The notes under the pieces: generated by a model
The model's input: the letters and a program-made list of their open reading frames with translations, nothing else
Told to the model about the DNA's origin: nothing
Databases searched by the model: none
Source of the DNA: Methanothermococcus sp. SCGC AD-155-E23
Lineage (GTDB): Archaea; AGJL01; Methanococci; Methanococcales; Methanococcaceae
DNA length: 35,170 bases
Direction of reading: 5' to 3'
Assembly: GCA_019561615.1 (NCBI GenBank)
Contig: JAHEQA010000008.1
Location: 1 to 35,170, forward strand
Program-made: the position numbers and the translations under genes
Part shown: piece after piece, positions 1 through 9,907 of the stretch
Numbering within the stretch: the stretch's first letter is position 1
Layout of the letters: each line of letters starts with the position of its first letter

Positions 1-684
1 TATGGGAAGGGGGTCTATGGGGTAAGGGCAAAGAGACCCTTTGAGATGTTGTTGAAAAGGGTGGATATAACCTATAACAAGGTTGTAAGTGATGAGTACG
101 ACCTCCTGGGATGCTGCTGTTACTTTGGTGTTCACGGAGGCTTAATTAACGCTGCAAGGGTTATCTCTGGTAGGGATGTTAAATCCTACTACGGTGATAC
201 CAGGAGGTTGGAGGATATAAAAATAAGAACCCTGAAGGAGGAGATTGAAAGGGTAACTCTATCGAAACTCCTAAATCCAAAGTGGATAGAATCCATGAAA
301 AAACATGGATACAAGGGAGCTGGAGATATCTCCAAGAGAATAGGGAGGGTATTTGGGTGGAGTGCAACAAGTAAGGAGGTGGACACCTGGATATTCGATG
401 CCATCTACTCCACCTTTATCAAAGATGAGAAGAATAGGAAGTTCTTTGAGAGAAACAATCCCTATGCACTTGAGGAGATTGGAAGGAGGTTACTTGAGGC
501 CTATAAAAGAGGTCTCTGGAGTGCAGATAAGGAGACTTTGGAGGACTTGAAGAGGAGATACATGGAGGTGGAGGGGCTTATGGAAGATAGTTATCAGGGT
601 GTAGATGTTGGAGATATCCAGGGTGGAAGTATAGAGATAAGTACGAAGTGGAAGGAGAAAGTGAAAACATCCTATAGAAGGTGA
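1..684 (+). CDS. cobN: Cobaltochelatase CobN / Mg-chelatase H family, C-terminal part (5' truncated by window)
   Basis: Frame is open from base 1 (YGKGVYGVRAKRPFEML...). Motifs SDEYDLLGCCCYF, LLNPKWIESMKKHGYKGA and NPYALEEIGRRLLEA..RGLW are typical of the CobN C-terminus. Confidence 0.88.
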   Translation, partial: YGKGVYGVRAKRPFEMLLKRVDITYNKVVSDEYDLLGCCCYFGVHGGLINAARVISGRDVKSYYGDTRRLEDIKIRTLKEEIERVTLSKLLNPKWIESMKKHGYKGAGDISKRIGRVFGWSATSKEVDTWIFDAIYSTFIKDEKNRKFFERNNPYALEEIGRRLLEAYKRGLWSADKETLEDLKRRYMEVEGLMEDSYQGVDVGDIQGGSIEISTKWKEKVKTSYRR

Positions 685-690
685 GGTGGT

Positions 691-1311
691 GTGAAGCTGA
701 GAGAAAAACTTAAACTCTACGTTATAACAGATAGGAGATTTAGAGATGAGTTGGAAGGTGTAAGGGAGGCCTTAGAGGGAGGTGCAACTGCAATACAGTT
801 ACGACTTAAAGGGATATCAACCAGGGAGATGGTGGAGGTGGGTAGGAAGATCAGGGAAATCACCCAGGATTACGACGCCCTCTATATAGTGAACGATAGA
901 GTAGATGTTGCCCTGGCTGTAGATGCAGATGGAGTACATGTGGGACAGAATGACATGCCAGTGGAGATAGTTAAGGAGATAGCACCACATTTGATAGTAG
1001 GTGTTTCGGCGTCAAACCTAAGGGAGGCCCTAGAGGGGGAGAGGAAAGGGGCAGACTACATAGGTGCTGGAAGTGTATTTCCTACAAGGACTAAGGAGGA
1101 TGCCAGACTTTTAGGGTTAGAGGGGTTGAAGGAGATAGTGAGGAATGTACATATTCCAGTTGTAGCAATAGGTGGTATAAACCATGAGAATGTTAGGGAG
1201 GTTCTTAAGGTTGGAGTAGATGGGGTGGCTGTTATCTCTGCAATACTTGGAGCTGAGGATGTAGTTGAGGCCACCAGGAGGATGAGAAAGATGGTAGAAG
1301 AGTACTTATAA
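691..1311 (+). CDS. thiE: Thiamine-phosphate synthase
   Basis: LYVITD, QLRLK, IVNDRVDVALAVDADGVHVGQND, FPTRTK, PVVAIGGI; GTG start after GAGGTG. Confidence 0.96.
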   Translation: MKLREKLKLYVITDRRFRDELEGVREALEGGATAIQLRLKGISTREMVEVGRKIREITQDYDALYIVNDRVDVALAVDADGVHVGQNDMPVEIVKEIAPHLIVGVSASNLREALEGERKGADYIGAGSVFPTRTKEDARLLGLEGLKEIVRNVHIPVVAIGGINHENVREVLKVGVDGVAVISAILGAEDVVEATRRMRKMVEEYL

Positions 1312-1314
1312 TAC

Positions 1315-1327
1315 TTTTTATTTTTTT
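1315..1327 (+). terminator. Putative archaeal oligo-U terminator after thiE
   Basis: T5-A-T7 run starting 3 nt after the thiE stop codon. Confidence 0.55.
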
Positions 1328-1360
1328 AGCATTATTAATTATTTTAATTACGGTGAATCC

Positions 1361-2221
1361 ATGAGTGAGAAGGATGTTATTTTAGAAGCTAGGGATATTT
1401 ACTACAGGTATCCAGATGGAACCTTGGCCCTTAAAGGTGTAAATTTTAAGGCTAGAAGAGGTGAGATGGTAGCCCTCTTAGGTCCCAACGGTGCAGGGAA
1501 ATCCACCCTATTTTTACATTTCAACGGGATCTTAAGACCTCACAGGGGGGAGATACTTATAAAGGGTAAGCCTATCAAGTACGACAGTAAATCCCTCTTG
1601 GAGGTTAGGAAAACTGTGGGGATAGTTTTTCAAAATGCTGATGATCAACTGTTTGCCCCAACTGTGATGGAGGACGTGGCCTTTGGTCCCCTGAATCTGG
1701 GATGTAGTGAGGAGGAGGTGAAGAAGAGAGTTAAAGAGGCTCTAAGGGCTGTGGGTATGGAGGGATACGAGGATAAACCTCCCCACTACCTAAGTGGAGG
1801 GGAGAAGAAGAGGGTTGCCATAGCTGGGATACTGGCCATGAAACCTGAGGTAATGGTACTTGATGAACCTACAGCAGGTTTAGATCCCATGGGAGCCTCC
1901 AGGATTATGAAGTTACTCTACAGGTTAAACAGGGAGGGGATGACTATAATAATCTCCACCCACGATGTGGATCTTGTACCTGTCTATGCAGACAGGGTTT
2001 ACGTCATGGATAAGGGTAGGATTATAACAGAGGGTACTCCAAGGGAGGTGTTCAGTAAGGTGAATCTTATAAGGGGGGCAAATTTAAGACTTCCTAGAGT
2101 AGCACATCTCCTGGAGATTCTTAACAAGAAGGACAAGATACCTATTAAGATGGGGTATACTATAGGGGAGGTAAGGGCCAATATACTGGAGTATCTGAGA
2201 AAGGAGTGTAAGAAGGTTTAA
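1361..2221 (+). CDS. cbiO: ECF (cobalt/nickel) transporter ATP-binding subunit
   Basis: Walker A GPNGAGKST, Q-loop VFQNADDQLF, signature LSGGEKKRVAIAG, Walker B LDEPTAGLD, H-loop STHD; C-terminal LRLP; RBS GGTGA. Confidence 0.93.
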   Translation: MSEKDVILEARDIYYRYPDGTLALKGVNFKARRGEMVALLGPNGAGKSTLFLHFNGILRPHRGEILIKGKPIKYDSKSLLEVRKTVGIVFQNADDQLFAPTVMEDVAFGPLNLGCSEEEVKKRVKEALRAVGMEGYEDKPPHYLSGGEKKRVAIAGILAMKPEVMVLDEPTAGLDPMGASRIMKLLYRLNREGMTIIISTHDVDLVPVYADRVYVMDKGRIITEGTPREVFSKVNLIRGANLRLPRVAHLLEILNKKDKIPIKMGYTIGEVRANILEYLRKECKKV

Positions 2222-2232
2222 GTGGTGATAAC

Positions 2233-3012
2233 TTGAAGATCGCCGTTACTGGGAAGGGTGGTGTTGGCAAGACCTTTATAGCATCTACCCTGGCTAGACT
2301 CTTTGAGAAAAACAACTACAAGGTTATAGCGGTGGATGCAGATCCAGATATGAATCTCTCCTGTGCCCTGGGGATAGAGGAGGAGATCACCCCTATCTCC
2401 AAGATGGAGGATCTTATAGAGGAGCGTACAGGTGCGAAGGTTGGGGAGTATGGTGGGATATTTAAGATAAATCCAAAGGTGGATGACATAGTAGATAAGT
2501 ACTCCTATAGGATAGGTAATATCTATCTTCTGGCAATGGGGACTGTTGAGCAGGGAGGGGAGGGATGTGTATGTCCTGCCTCTGTCCTCCTTAGGCGACT
2601 TTTGAGACACCTTATATTGAAGAGGGATGAAGTTGTAATTATGGATATGGAGGCTGGCATTGAACATCTGGGAAGGAAAACCACTGAAAGTGTAGATGTG
2701 ATGCTCGTTGTGGTGGAACCCTCTAAGAAGGCTATTTTAACTGCAAAGAGGATAAAAAAACTAGCTAAAGATCTAGGTATTCCCAGGATTTACGCCGTTG
2801 TAAATAAGGTAAGGGAGGATATGGACAGGGAGAAGTTCAAGGAGATCTTTGAGAAGGAGGTGGGCATCCCTATACTTAAGTTCCTGCCCTACAGCGAAGA
2901 TGTGGTAAACATGGATATGAGTGGAAAACCCCTAGATCTAGATACCCCCATTGGAAGGGAGATGGAGGATCTATTTAGGAAGATAGTGGAGGTTGTCCAT
3001 GGAAAGAGATAG
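2233..3012 (+). CDS. cooC: CooC/AcsF-family nickel-insertion ATPase (CODH maturation)
   Basis: Deviant Walker A GKGGVGKT, DADP, GCVC (CxC metal site), DMEAGIEHLGR; TTG start after GGTGA. Confidence 0.9.
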   Translation: MKIAVTGKGGVGKTFIASTLARLFEKNNYKVIAVDADPDMNLSCALGIEEEITPISKMEDLIEERTGAKVGEYGGIFKINPKVDDIVDKYSYRIGNIYLLAMGTVEQGGEGCVCPASVLLRRLLRHLILKRDEVVIMDMEAGIEHLGRKTTESVDVMLVVVEPSKKAILTAKRIKKLAKDLGIPRIYAVVNKVREDMDREKFKEIFEKEVGIPILKFLPYSEDVVNMDMSGKPLDLDTPIGREMEDLFRKIVEVVHGKR

Positions 3013-3664
3013 GGTAGTGAAGATATGGGAGATGATCACCATCTCAGACTATCTAACCCTGGTGAATATAGTACTTGGGATGTTGGCGTTGATACTCCAG
3101 GACTTTAGATGTATATATCTGGCCCTGGTCTTCGACGCCCTAGATGGATACCTAGCCAGGAGGACCAATACAGTGACGGAGTTTGGAGCCCAGTTAGACA
3201 GTATATGTGATATTGTCAGTTTTGGGGTGGCACCTGCCTATCTCCTCTACCACTACTTTGGTGGTATTTGGTGTTTAATAGCCTCTCTCATCTACCTACT
3301 CTCTGGAGCCCTAAGGTTAGCTAGATTTAATATTTTGAATATTAGAGACTTTATAGGATTACCTATACCTGTTGGAGCCCTCCTCCTCTCAACATCCTGT
3401 GAGATGTTTTTAAAGTTAGACCTCCCTCGGGGGGATATTATTATCTCTATATTAGGGGTACTCACAGGGTTTCTAATGATAAGTGAAATAGTATACCCAA
3501 AGTATCTAGGAAGGTGGCCTCTAATACTCTTTGGGATCTCCCTTCTACTATCCCTCTTTAACATCCCTGAGGGTCTATTCCTCTGTGCCCTGGGATATAC
3601 ACTATACGGGTTATCTAAGGGGATACTCCATGCTCTCCCTCTACGCCAAAAAGGTCCTAAATGA
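2999..3664 (+). CDS. pssA: CDP-alcohol phosphatidyltransferase, probable archaetidylserine synthase
   Basis: DALDGYLAR...FGAQLDSICDIVSFGVAP motif, LRLARFN, FIGLPIP; hydrophobic. ATG 2999 chosen because it follows GGAGGT. Confidence 0.88.
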   Translation: MERDRVVKIWEMITISDYLTLVNIVLGMLALILQDFRCIYLALVFDALDGYLARRTNTVTEFGAQLDSICDIVSFGVAPAYLLYHYFGGIWCLIASLIYLLSGALRLARFNILNIRDFIGLPIPVGALLLSTSCEMFLKLDLPRGDIIISILGVLTGFLMISEIVYPKYLGRWPLILFGISLLLSLFNIPEGLFLCALGYTLYGLSKGILHALPLRQKGPK

Positions 3665-4481
3665 ATCCCTTGTAAAGGATGTAGGCTATGGAGATATCAC
3701 CACGGAGTTAATAATACCAGAGCATCACAGGTCAAGGGGGGAGGTAGTTGTTAAAGAGGATGCTGTAGTATGTGGTGTGAACTTTATCCTAGATTTTCTC
3801 AGGGACTACAACCTAAGATGTAATCCTCTTGTAGAGGAGGGGGAATTTGTAGAGGGGGGTAGTAGGATCATGGAGGTAGAGGGTAATACCAGAAAGATAC
3901 TAACCCTTGAAAGGACTGTTCTAAACTTTTTGATGCACCTCTCAGGTATAGCCACTAAAACCTATAGAGTTGTGAGGAAGGTAAGGGAGGTTAACAAGAG
4001 GGTTAGAGTGGCCTGTACCAGAAAGACACTACCCCTTCTCTCACCCCTTGAGAAGTACGCCGTAGTTGTAGGGGGAGGAGATAGCCACAGGTTTAGATTG
4101 GACGACATGGTCATGATAAAGGATAATCATATAGAGGCTCTTGGAGTAGAGGAGTGTTTTAAAAGGGTAAAGAGGGTAAGTTTTACAAAGAAGGTGGAGG
4201 TAGAGGTGGACAGTATAGACCTGTTAGAGAGGGTACTTCCCTATAAACCTGACATAGTACTCCTGGATAACTTTAAACCTAGGGAGGTGGAGGAGGCCCT
4301 AGAGGTGATAGAGATCTTCAGGGATAAGATGGGGTATAGACCCTTAGTTGAGGTCAGTGGGGGTATAAGGGAGGATAACGTCTTGGAGTATGCCAAGTAT
4401 GATATAGATGTTATATCCATGGGATGTTTAATACACTCTGCTCCAGCGGTGGATATAAGTCTCAATATTCTAAAACCATGA
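3630..4481 (+). CDS. nadC: Nicotinate-nucleotide pyrophosphorylase (quinolinate phosphoribosyltransferase)
   Basis: GDITT, ERTVLN, SGIAT, TRKT, HRFRLDD, IKDNH, EVEV, LLDN, SGGI; start trimmed to ATG 3630. Confidence 0.95.
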   Translation: MLSLYAKKVLNESLVKDVGYGDITTELIIPEHHRSRGEVVVKEDAVVCGVNFILDFLRDYNLRCNPLVEEGEFVEGGSRIMEVEGNTRKILTLERTVLNFLMHLSGIATKTYRVVRKVREVNKRVRVACTRKTLPLLSPLEKYAVVVGGGDSHRFRLDDMVMIKDNHIEALGVEECFKRVKRVSFTKKVEVEVDSIDLLERVLPYKPDIVLLDNFKPREVEEALEVIEIFRDKMGYRPLVEVSGGIREDNVLEYAKYDIDVISMGCLIHSAPAVDISLNILKP

Positions 4482-5176
4482 AGGAGATAAGAAGATTTTA
4501 CGACAGCTACTCCCCAGAGGCACTTCCAGGCTATATTAAAATACTTGTTGATTTGGAGGAGAAGTTGGTAGTAGATATTGTAGAGAATTTAGAAGAGTAC
4601 AGGGATGTTAAAAGGAGGGGAGGTAAGGTACTGGACTGTGGCTGTGGATTTGGATCCTATTACTCTCTAACTAGGGAGCTAGATGCCCTCTACCTAGACC
4701 TCTCTTATTATCAACTTAAGAGGTTTGGAAGGAGGTACAGACTCTGGAGTAAGAGGGTCTGTGGAGATGTATTGAATCTCCCCTTTAAAGACAACACCTT
4801 TGACCTCATCCTCTGTATCAATGTACTGGAACATGTAAGGGATATCCCCAGGGCTTTAAGGGAACTTCACAGGGTGTTAAAGAAGAAGGGTATCCTTGTA
4901 GTTGTAGTAGTTAACAGGGAGAGTATAGTGAAGGAGGAGGTTTTCAACGACTTTAAAATATACCATAGGGCTCTCTCTCTTGAAGATTTTAAGATGGAGG
5001 ATTTTAAAATAGAGAGGTATGTCACCTTTTACTTCCTTCCCTCTATCTTCAAGGTACTTCCAGTGTCACTTCTAAGATACCTTATAGAGAGGGTTTATCT
5101 AAAGTTGGAGTATAGGTTAAGGGACCTCCTTAGAGGCAGAGGTCAATTCCTCTGTGTAGTTTTAAGAAAAATTTAA
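4478..5176 (+). CDS. Class I SAM-dependent methyltransferase (Methyltransf_11-like), substrate unknown
   Basis: VLDCGCGFG motif I, GDVLNLPFKDNTFD, VLEHV, RVLKKKG; ATGA overlap with the nadC stop. Confidence 0.85.
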   Translation: MKEIRRFYDSYSPEALPGYIKILVDLEEKLVVDIVENLEEYRDVKRRGGKVLDCGCGFGSYYSLTRELDALYLDLSYYQLKRFGRRYRLWSKRVCGDVLNLPFKDNTFDLILCINVLEHVRDIPRALRELHRVLKKKGILVVVVVNRESIVKEEVFNDFKIYHRALSLEDFKMEDFKIERYVTFYFLPSIFKVLPVSLLRYLIERVYLKLEYRLRDLLRGRGQFLCVVLRKI

Positions 5177-5185
5177 CCCTTTTGA

Positions 5186-5205
5186 ATAAGTTATTTATAA
5201 GTTAT
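5186..5205 (+). promoter_or_regulatory. Putative TATA box (TTTATAA, 5194-5200) for ilvBH, overlapped by a 9-bp direct repeat ATAAGTTAT
   Basis: TTTATAA lies about 50 nt upstream of the ilvB ATG; repeat copies at 5186-5194 and 5197-5205. Confidence 0.45.
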
Positions 5206-5251
5206 CTCACAACTCTTCTTTTCAATCTTCTTAAATACTGACGGTGATGTC

Positions 5252-7102
5252 ATGAGGGGAGCAGAGGCCTTTATAAAGGCACTGGAGTATGAAGGTGTAA
5301 AGGTTATATTTGGATATCCAGGTGGGGCGCTACTACCCTTCTACGATGCACTTTACGACAGTGACCTTATCCATATCCTTACAAGGCATGAGCAGGGGGC
5401 AGCCCATGCAGCAGATGGATACGCCAGGGCCAGTGGAAAGGTAGGTGTATGTGTTGGAACCTCAGGTCCAGGAGCTACAAACCTGGTAACTGGTGTGGCC
5501 ACCGCCTATGCAGATTCCTCCCCTGTAATTGCAATTACAGGCCAGGTACCTACAAGGTTAATAGGAAACGACGCCTTTCAGGAGATAGATGCCCTAGGTA
5601 TCTTCATGCCCATAGTAAAGCACAACTTCCAGATAAGGAGAAGTAAGGATATACCTGCAACAGTTAGGGCTGCCTTTGAGATAGCAAAAACTGGGAGACC
5701 TGGACCTGTCCATATAGATCTGCCAAAGGATGTCCAGGAGGAGGAGTTTGACATAGAGAGTAATCCAATACCTGCAAAGGTGGATCTCCCTGGATATAAA
5801 CCTACCTTAAAGGGACATCCTAAACAGATCAAAATGGCTGCAAAGGCTATCATGGCAGCAGAGAGGCCAGTTATTATAGCAGGTGGTGGAGTTAATATCT
5901 CCAATGCAACAGAGGAGCTTTTAAAACTTGCAGAGTTATGTGGTATTCCTGTATGTACAACCTTGATGGGAAAGGGTAGTTTTCCCGAGGATCACCCACT
6001 ATCCCTTGGAATGGTTGGCATGCATGGGACGAAACCTGCAAATTATGCAGTGTCAGAGTGTGATCTACTAATTGCCATAGGTTGTAGGTTCTCAGATAGG
6101 ATAACAGGGGATATCAGTAGTTTTGCACCTTATGCAAAGATTATACACATAGATATAGATCCTGCAGAGATAGGGAAAAACATAGATGTGGATATACCTA
6201 TAGTGGGGGATGCAAAACTTGTATTAAAGGATATAATAGCCTGTCTCCTTAAGAGCTGTGGGACAGATGGAAAGGGCCTGAATAACCAGAATAGAGAGGG
6301 GTGGTTAAGGTATCTAGAGTCCCTGAAGAGATCCAACATCCCAAAGATGGACTACGAAGATATCCCTATAAAACCCCAGAGAATTGTAAAGGAACTTATG
6401 AATGTTATCCAGGAGTTAAAGCTAAAGGATAGATTTATTGTAACGACAGATGTGGGGCAGAATCAGATGTGGATGGCCCACTACTTCAAGGTACATCTAC
6501 CTAGGACCTTTATATCCTCTGGGGGACTAGGTACCATGGGTTTTGGATTACCTGCTGCAATAGGGGCCAAGATAGCCAGGCCAGAATCCAAGGTTGTATG
6601 TGTCACTGGAGATGGAGGATTTATGATGAATATCCAGGAGTTAGCTACCATTGCAGACTATGGGATACCTGTTGTAATATGTATATTTGACAACAGAACT
6701 CTAGGTATGGTGTATCAGTGGCAGAATCTCTTCTACGGTGGAAGACAGTGTAACGTCACCTTTGGAGAAAGTCCAGACTTTGTAAAGGTTGCAAAGGGTT
6801 ACGGTATAGAGGCCCAGAGGGTAACAGATCCCAAGGATATAAAGGAGGTACTCAGGGAGGCACTACTTAGTGACGAACCCTACCTTATTGACTTTGTCAT
6901 AGACCCCTCTGAGGGATTACCTATGGTACCTCCAGGGGGAAAGTTGAAGAATATAATAGAGCCAGTTAGGGCCCCTCCCAGGGAGAGGATCCCCTCTTTC
7001 CAGGAGATAAAGAGAAAGTTGTTAGGGGAGACTAGAGAGAAGGGACTTTCTAAGGATGGACCTCAGGAGATGGGAACCCCTGTGGAAAGGGAGACCTATT
7101 AA
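5252..7102 (+). CDS. ilvB: Acetolactate synthase large subunit
   Basis: FGYPGG, RHEQGAAHAADGYAR, TSGPGATN, RFSDR, DVGQNQMW, GTMGFGLPAAIGA, TPP motif GDGGFMM...N. Confidence 0.97.
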   Translation: MRGAEAFIKALEYEGVKVIFGYPGGALLPFYDALYDSDLIHILTRHEQGAAHAADGYARASGKVGVCVGTSGPGATNLVTGVATAYADSSPVIAITGQVPTRLIGNDAFQEIDALGIFMPIVKHNFQIRRSKDIPATVRAAFEIAKTGRPGPVHIDLPKDVQEEEFDIESNPIPAKVDLPGYKPTLKGHPKQIKMAAKAIMAAERPVIIAGGGVNISNATEELLKLAELCGIPVCTTLMGKGSFPEDHPLSLGMVGMHGTKPANYAVSECDLLIAIGCRFSDRITGDISSFAPYAKIIHIDIDPAEIGKNIDVDIPIVGDAKLVLKDIIACLLKSCGTDGKGLNNQNREGWLRYLESLKRSNIPKMDYEDIPIKPQRIVKELMNVIQELKLKDRFIVTTDVGQNQMWMAHYFKVHLPRTFISSGGLGTMGFGLPAAIGAKIARPESKVVCVTGDGGFMMNIQELATIADYGIPVVICIFDNRTLGMVYQWQNLFYGGRQCNVTFGESPDFVKVAKGYGIEAQRVTDPKDIKEVLREALLSDEPYLIDFVIDPSEGLPMVPPGGKLKNIIEPVRAPPRERIPSFQEIKRKLLGETREKGLSKDGPQEMGTPVERETY

Positions 7103-7114
7103 AAAGGTGATCCT

Positions 7115-7645
7115 ATGGGAAAACATGGGAAAAAGCAGGAGACCTCCACCCATATTATCTCTGCACTTGTGCTGAACAACCCAGGGGTACTTCAGAGGAT
7201 AGCAGGCCTCTTCAGTAGAAGGGGATACAACATCTCCTCTATAACAGTAGGTACTACTGAGACTCCAAACATGGCGAGGATGACCATAGTGGTTAAGGGG
7301 GATGACAAGATATTGGAACAGGTTGTGAAACAACTTAACAAACTTATAGAGGTTATAAAGGTAAGTGACCTAGATGTGAACAAGTGTGTAAAGAGGGAAC
7401 TCTGTCTTATAAAGATCCATACACCAGATGAGAGTAGTAAGTCCCAGGTGATCCAATACACCAACGTATTCAGGGGTAAGATAGTGGACATAAGTCATGA
7501 GTCCTTAACTGTGGAGATAACTGGAAGTAGTGACAAGATAGATGCCTTTATTGACTTGGTGAGGACCTTTGGGATTAAGGAGATGGCACGTACTGGATTA
7601 ACTGCACTTATGAGAGGATCTAAGGTGTTAAAACCTAGAAAATAA
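7115..7645 (+). CDS. ilvH: Acetolactate synthase small (regulatory, ACT) subunit
   Basis: [39 protein letters not shown]; directly downstream of ilvB. Confidence 0.96.
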   Translation: MGKHGKKQETSTHIISALVLNNPGVLQRIAGLFSRRGYNISSITVGTTETPNMARMTIVVKGDDKILEQVVKQLNKLIEVIKVSDLDVNKCVKRELCLIKIHTPDESSKSQVIQYTNVFRGKIVDISHESLTVEITGSSDKIDAFIDLVRTFGIKEMARTGLTALMRGSKVLKPRK

Positions 7646-7659
7646 TTTTTATAATTTTT
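7646..7659 (+). terminator. Putative oligo-U terminator after ilvH
   Basis: Two T5 runs (7646-7650, 7655-7659) immediately after the stop codon. Confidence 0.45.
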
Positions 7660-7673
7660 AAATAGGTGGGAGA

Positions 7674-9209
7674 GTGAGGTTTGAACTTAGGGGGAAGGTA
7701 GTATTTAGTAAGGAGTTAGACAGGGAGATAATAAGGGATATAGAGGAGGTTCTCAAGGGTAGTAGGGAGATATTTCTAAAGGGTGTTCCTAAGGGAAAGG
7801 AGGAGGAGGCCTCCAGGATAGTGGATTACACTTTTCAAGGTAGGGAGCTTCTACTACACATAGTGTCAGGTAGGTATACCAGGGCACATGAGGCCCTTAT
7901 AAGGTTGAAGAAACCTATTATGGAGAAGATCGGAAGGAAACACAAGGTAGGTATTAGAGGTATTCTCATAGAGGACTACGAGATCTCCATACCTGTAAAG
8001 GGGGAGGTAGGGGATATAAAGGTACCTGAATGCCAGGAGGTGATCTGTGAAGGTGACAGGTTAAAACTTATATTCAGGGGGATAGGGGAGAAGGAGCTTA
8101 AGAGAAATATTATAGACAGGGCTATAAAGATTGTAAGGGATTACCTGGAGTCCCAGGAGGATCTAACCCGCCGTGTATGTGCCATAGAACCTGGTACCAT
8201 AGTGAGGGAGTATAGGGCTAAGAGATCTATAACCTTCAGGGAGGATCCTACAGATGTTGCAGAGAGACTGGGATGGGTAAAGAGGTTTCCAGGTAAGGGA
8301 CAATGGTTCTATACACCTCCAATGGCAAGACTATTCAGGGTATTCGAGGAACTTATAATGGAGGAGTGTGTCCATAAACTTGGATTCCAGGAGTGTCTCT
8401 TTCCCAAGTTGATACCCCTGGAGATCATGTACAAGATGAGATATCTAGAGGGACTTCCAGAGGGGATGTATTACGTCTCTCCTCCAAAGAGGGACCCTGA
8501 GATGTTCAGGGAGTTTGTCGCCGAGATGATGGTAAGGAAGGAGATACCTGTTAAGAAGTTAAGGGAGTTACTTAGAGATCCTAGCTATGTACTGTCCCCT
8601 GCCCAGTGTGAACCCTTCTACCAGTTCTTTGAACATATGTTGGTAGATGTGGATAAACCTGTGAAGTTTGTGGATAGAAGTGGTTGGACATATAGATGGG
8701 AGGGAGGTGGAGCCAGGGGGCTTGACAGGGTTAACGAATTCCTAAGGATTGAATGTGTAATGTTAGGTAGTCCAGAGTTCGTTGAAAAGGTTAGGGATGA
8801 GACACTTAGATGCGCCGAGAGACTAGCTGAAAAACTTGACCTGGAGTACTGGACCGAGGTTGGAGACGATCCCTTCTACCTGGAAGGGAGGAAGAAGGAG
8901 GATAGGGATATAGAGTTTCCAGAGGTGCCTAAGTACGAGATGAGGTTATGGCTACCCTATGAGAAGGAGGAGAGGAGGGGGGTTGCAGTAACCTCTGCAA
9001 ATGTCCATGGAACCCACTTTGTAGAGGGCTTTAACATAAGGGATTACAAGGGGAGAAAGGTGTGGACTGGATGTACAGGTTATGGAATAACTAGATGGGT
9101 TGTAGGATTCCTTGCCCAGTACGGCTTCAACTACGACGACTGGCCAGAGATTGTCCAGAAGAAGTATGGAAAGATGCCTGAGATTCCAAAGGTGATCAAC
9201 TGGCCATAA
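7674..9209 (+). CDS. serS: Methanogen-type (type 2, zinc-dependent) seryl-tRNA synthetase
   Basis: Long N-terminal domain ([10 protein letters not shown]), [35 protein letters not shown]; the Cys/Glu/Cys Zn-ligand pattern is present. Confidence 0.94.
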   Translation: MRFELRGKVVFSKELDREIIRDIEEVLKGSREIFLKGVPKGKEEEASRIVDYTFQGRELLLHIVSGRYTRAHEALIRLKKPIMEKIGRKHKVGIRGILIEDYEISIPVKGEVGDIKVPECQEVICEGDRLKLIFRGIGEKELKRNIIDRAIKIVRDYLESQEDLTRRVCAIEPGTIVREYRAKRSITFREDPTDVAERLGWVKRFPGKGQWFYTPPMARLFRVFEELIMEECVHKLGFQECLFPKLIPLEIMYKMRYLEGLPEGMYYVSPPKRDPEMFREFVAEMMVRKEIPVKKLRELLRDPSYVLSPAQCEPFYQFFEHMLVDVDKPVKFVDRSGWTYRWEGGGARGLDRVNEFLRIECVMLGSPEFVEKVRDETLRCAERLAEKLDLEYWTEVGDDPFYLEGRKKEDRDIEFPEVPKYEMRLWLPYEKEERRGVAVTSANVHGTHFVEGFNIRDYKGRKVWTGCTGYGITRWVVGFLAQYGFNYDDWPEIVQKKYGKMPEIPKVINWP

Positions 9210-9221
9210 AGGTGAGCTCCC

Positions 9222-9737
9222 TTGAAGATCTATATCTATCATAAGAATCAGTGTGATCCTAAGAGATGTACTGCCCTTAAGATGGGAAAGTTAAATATGG
9301 CAAAGATTATAAAGGACTACCGTAAGATACCTAGAAGGGCCCTGCTGTTAAACCCCTTCTCCAAAGTTCCAGTATCTGTAGAGGATAGAGAGATTATTGA
9401 GAAATATGGAATATTGGCCCTTGACTGTTCCTGGCAGCATGCCAGGGAGGTATTTAAAAGGGTAAGGTTTAAAAACCATAGGCGCCTCCCCTTCCTCATA
9501 GCTGCCAACCCTGTAAACTATGGAAAGCCTTACAAACTTTCCACCTTGGAGGCATGTATTGCAACCCTCTATATCGCAAATTATAAGAATGAGGCTCTAT
9601 CTCTGTTAAATGGTTTTAAATGGGCAAAGACATTTATAGACTTAAACAGGGACCTACTTGAAAGTTATGCAGGGAGGGGACGTGAGGAGATTGAGAAGAT
9701 AGAGAAAGAAATACTAGATAGAATAAGTAAAAGGTGA
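9222..9737 (+). CDS. tsr3: 16S rRNA aminocarboxypropyltransferase Tsr3 (DUF367)
   Basis: [49 protein letters not shown]; TTG start after GGTGAG. Confidence 0.92.
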   Translation: MKIYIYHKNQCDPKRCTALKMGKLNMAKIIKDYRKIPRRALLLNPFSKVPVSVEDREIIEKYGILALDCSWQHAREVFKRVRFKNHRRLPFLIAANPVNYGKPYKLSTLEACIATLYIANYKNEALSLLNGFKWAKTFIDLNRDLLESYAGRGREEIEKIEKEILDRISKR

Positions 9738-9741
9738 TAAC

Positions 9742-9885
9742 ATGGCATTTGAAGAGGCTATGAACAGGCTCTTTAAAAAGAAGATCTGTCTAAGGTGTAA
9801 TGCAAGGAACCCCTGGAGAGCTGAGAAGTGTAGGAAGTGTGGGTATTCAAAGTTAAGACCTAAGGCCAAGGAACCTAGAGGATAA
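9742..9885 (+). CDS. rpl40e: 50S ribosomal protein L40e (47 aa; absent from the ORF track)
   Basis: Hand translation [47 protein letters not shown]; C4 zinc motif; RBS AGGTGA overlaps the tsr3 stop. Confidence 0.96.
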   Translation: MAFEEAMNRLFKKKICLRCNARNPWRAEKCRKCGYSKLRPKAKEPRG

Positions 9886-9907
9886 ATCATTATTTTTAGG
9901 TGGGTAG

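Noticed and set aside
3531-3629. N-terminal extensions in the ORF track (nadC from 3531, methyltransferase from 4424, kinase from 30488)
   Set aside because: They overlap neighbouring genes heavily; downstream ATGs fit the family N-termini or coupling better.
7020-7102. Polar C-terminal tail on IlvB
   Set aside because: Short, low-information extension, likely neutral stop-codon drift; nothing supports a function.
7674-9209. Unusual SerRS as a possible novel synthetase
   Set aside because: It is the well-described methanogen-type SerRS.
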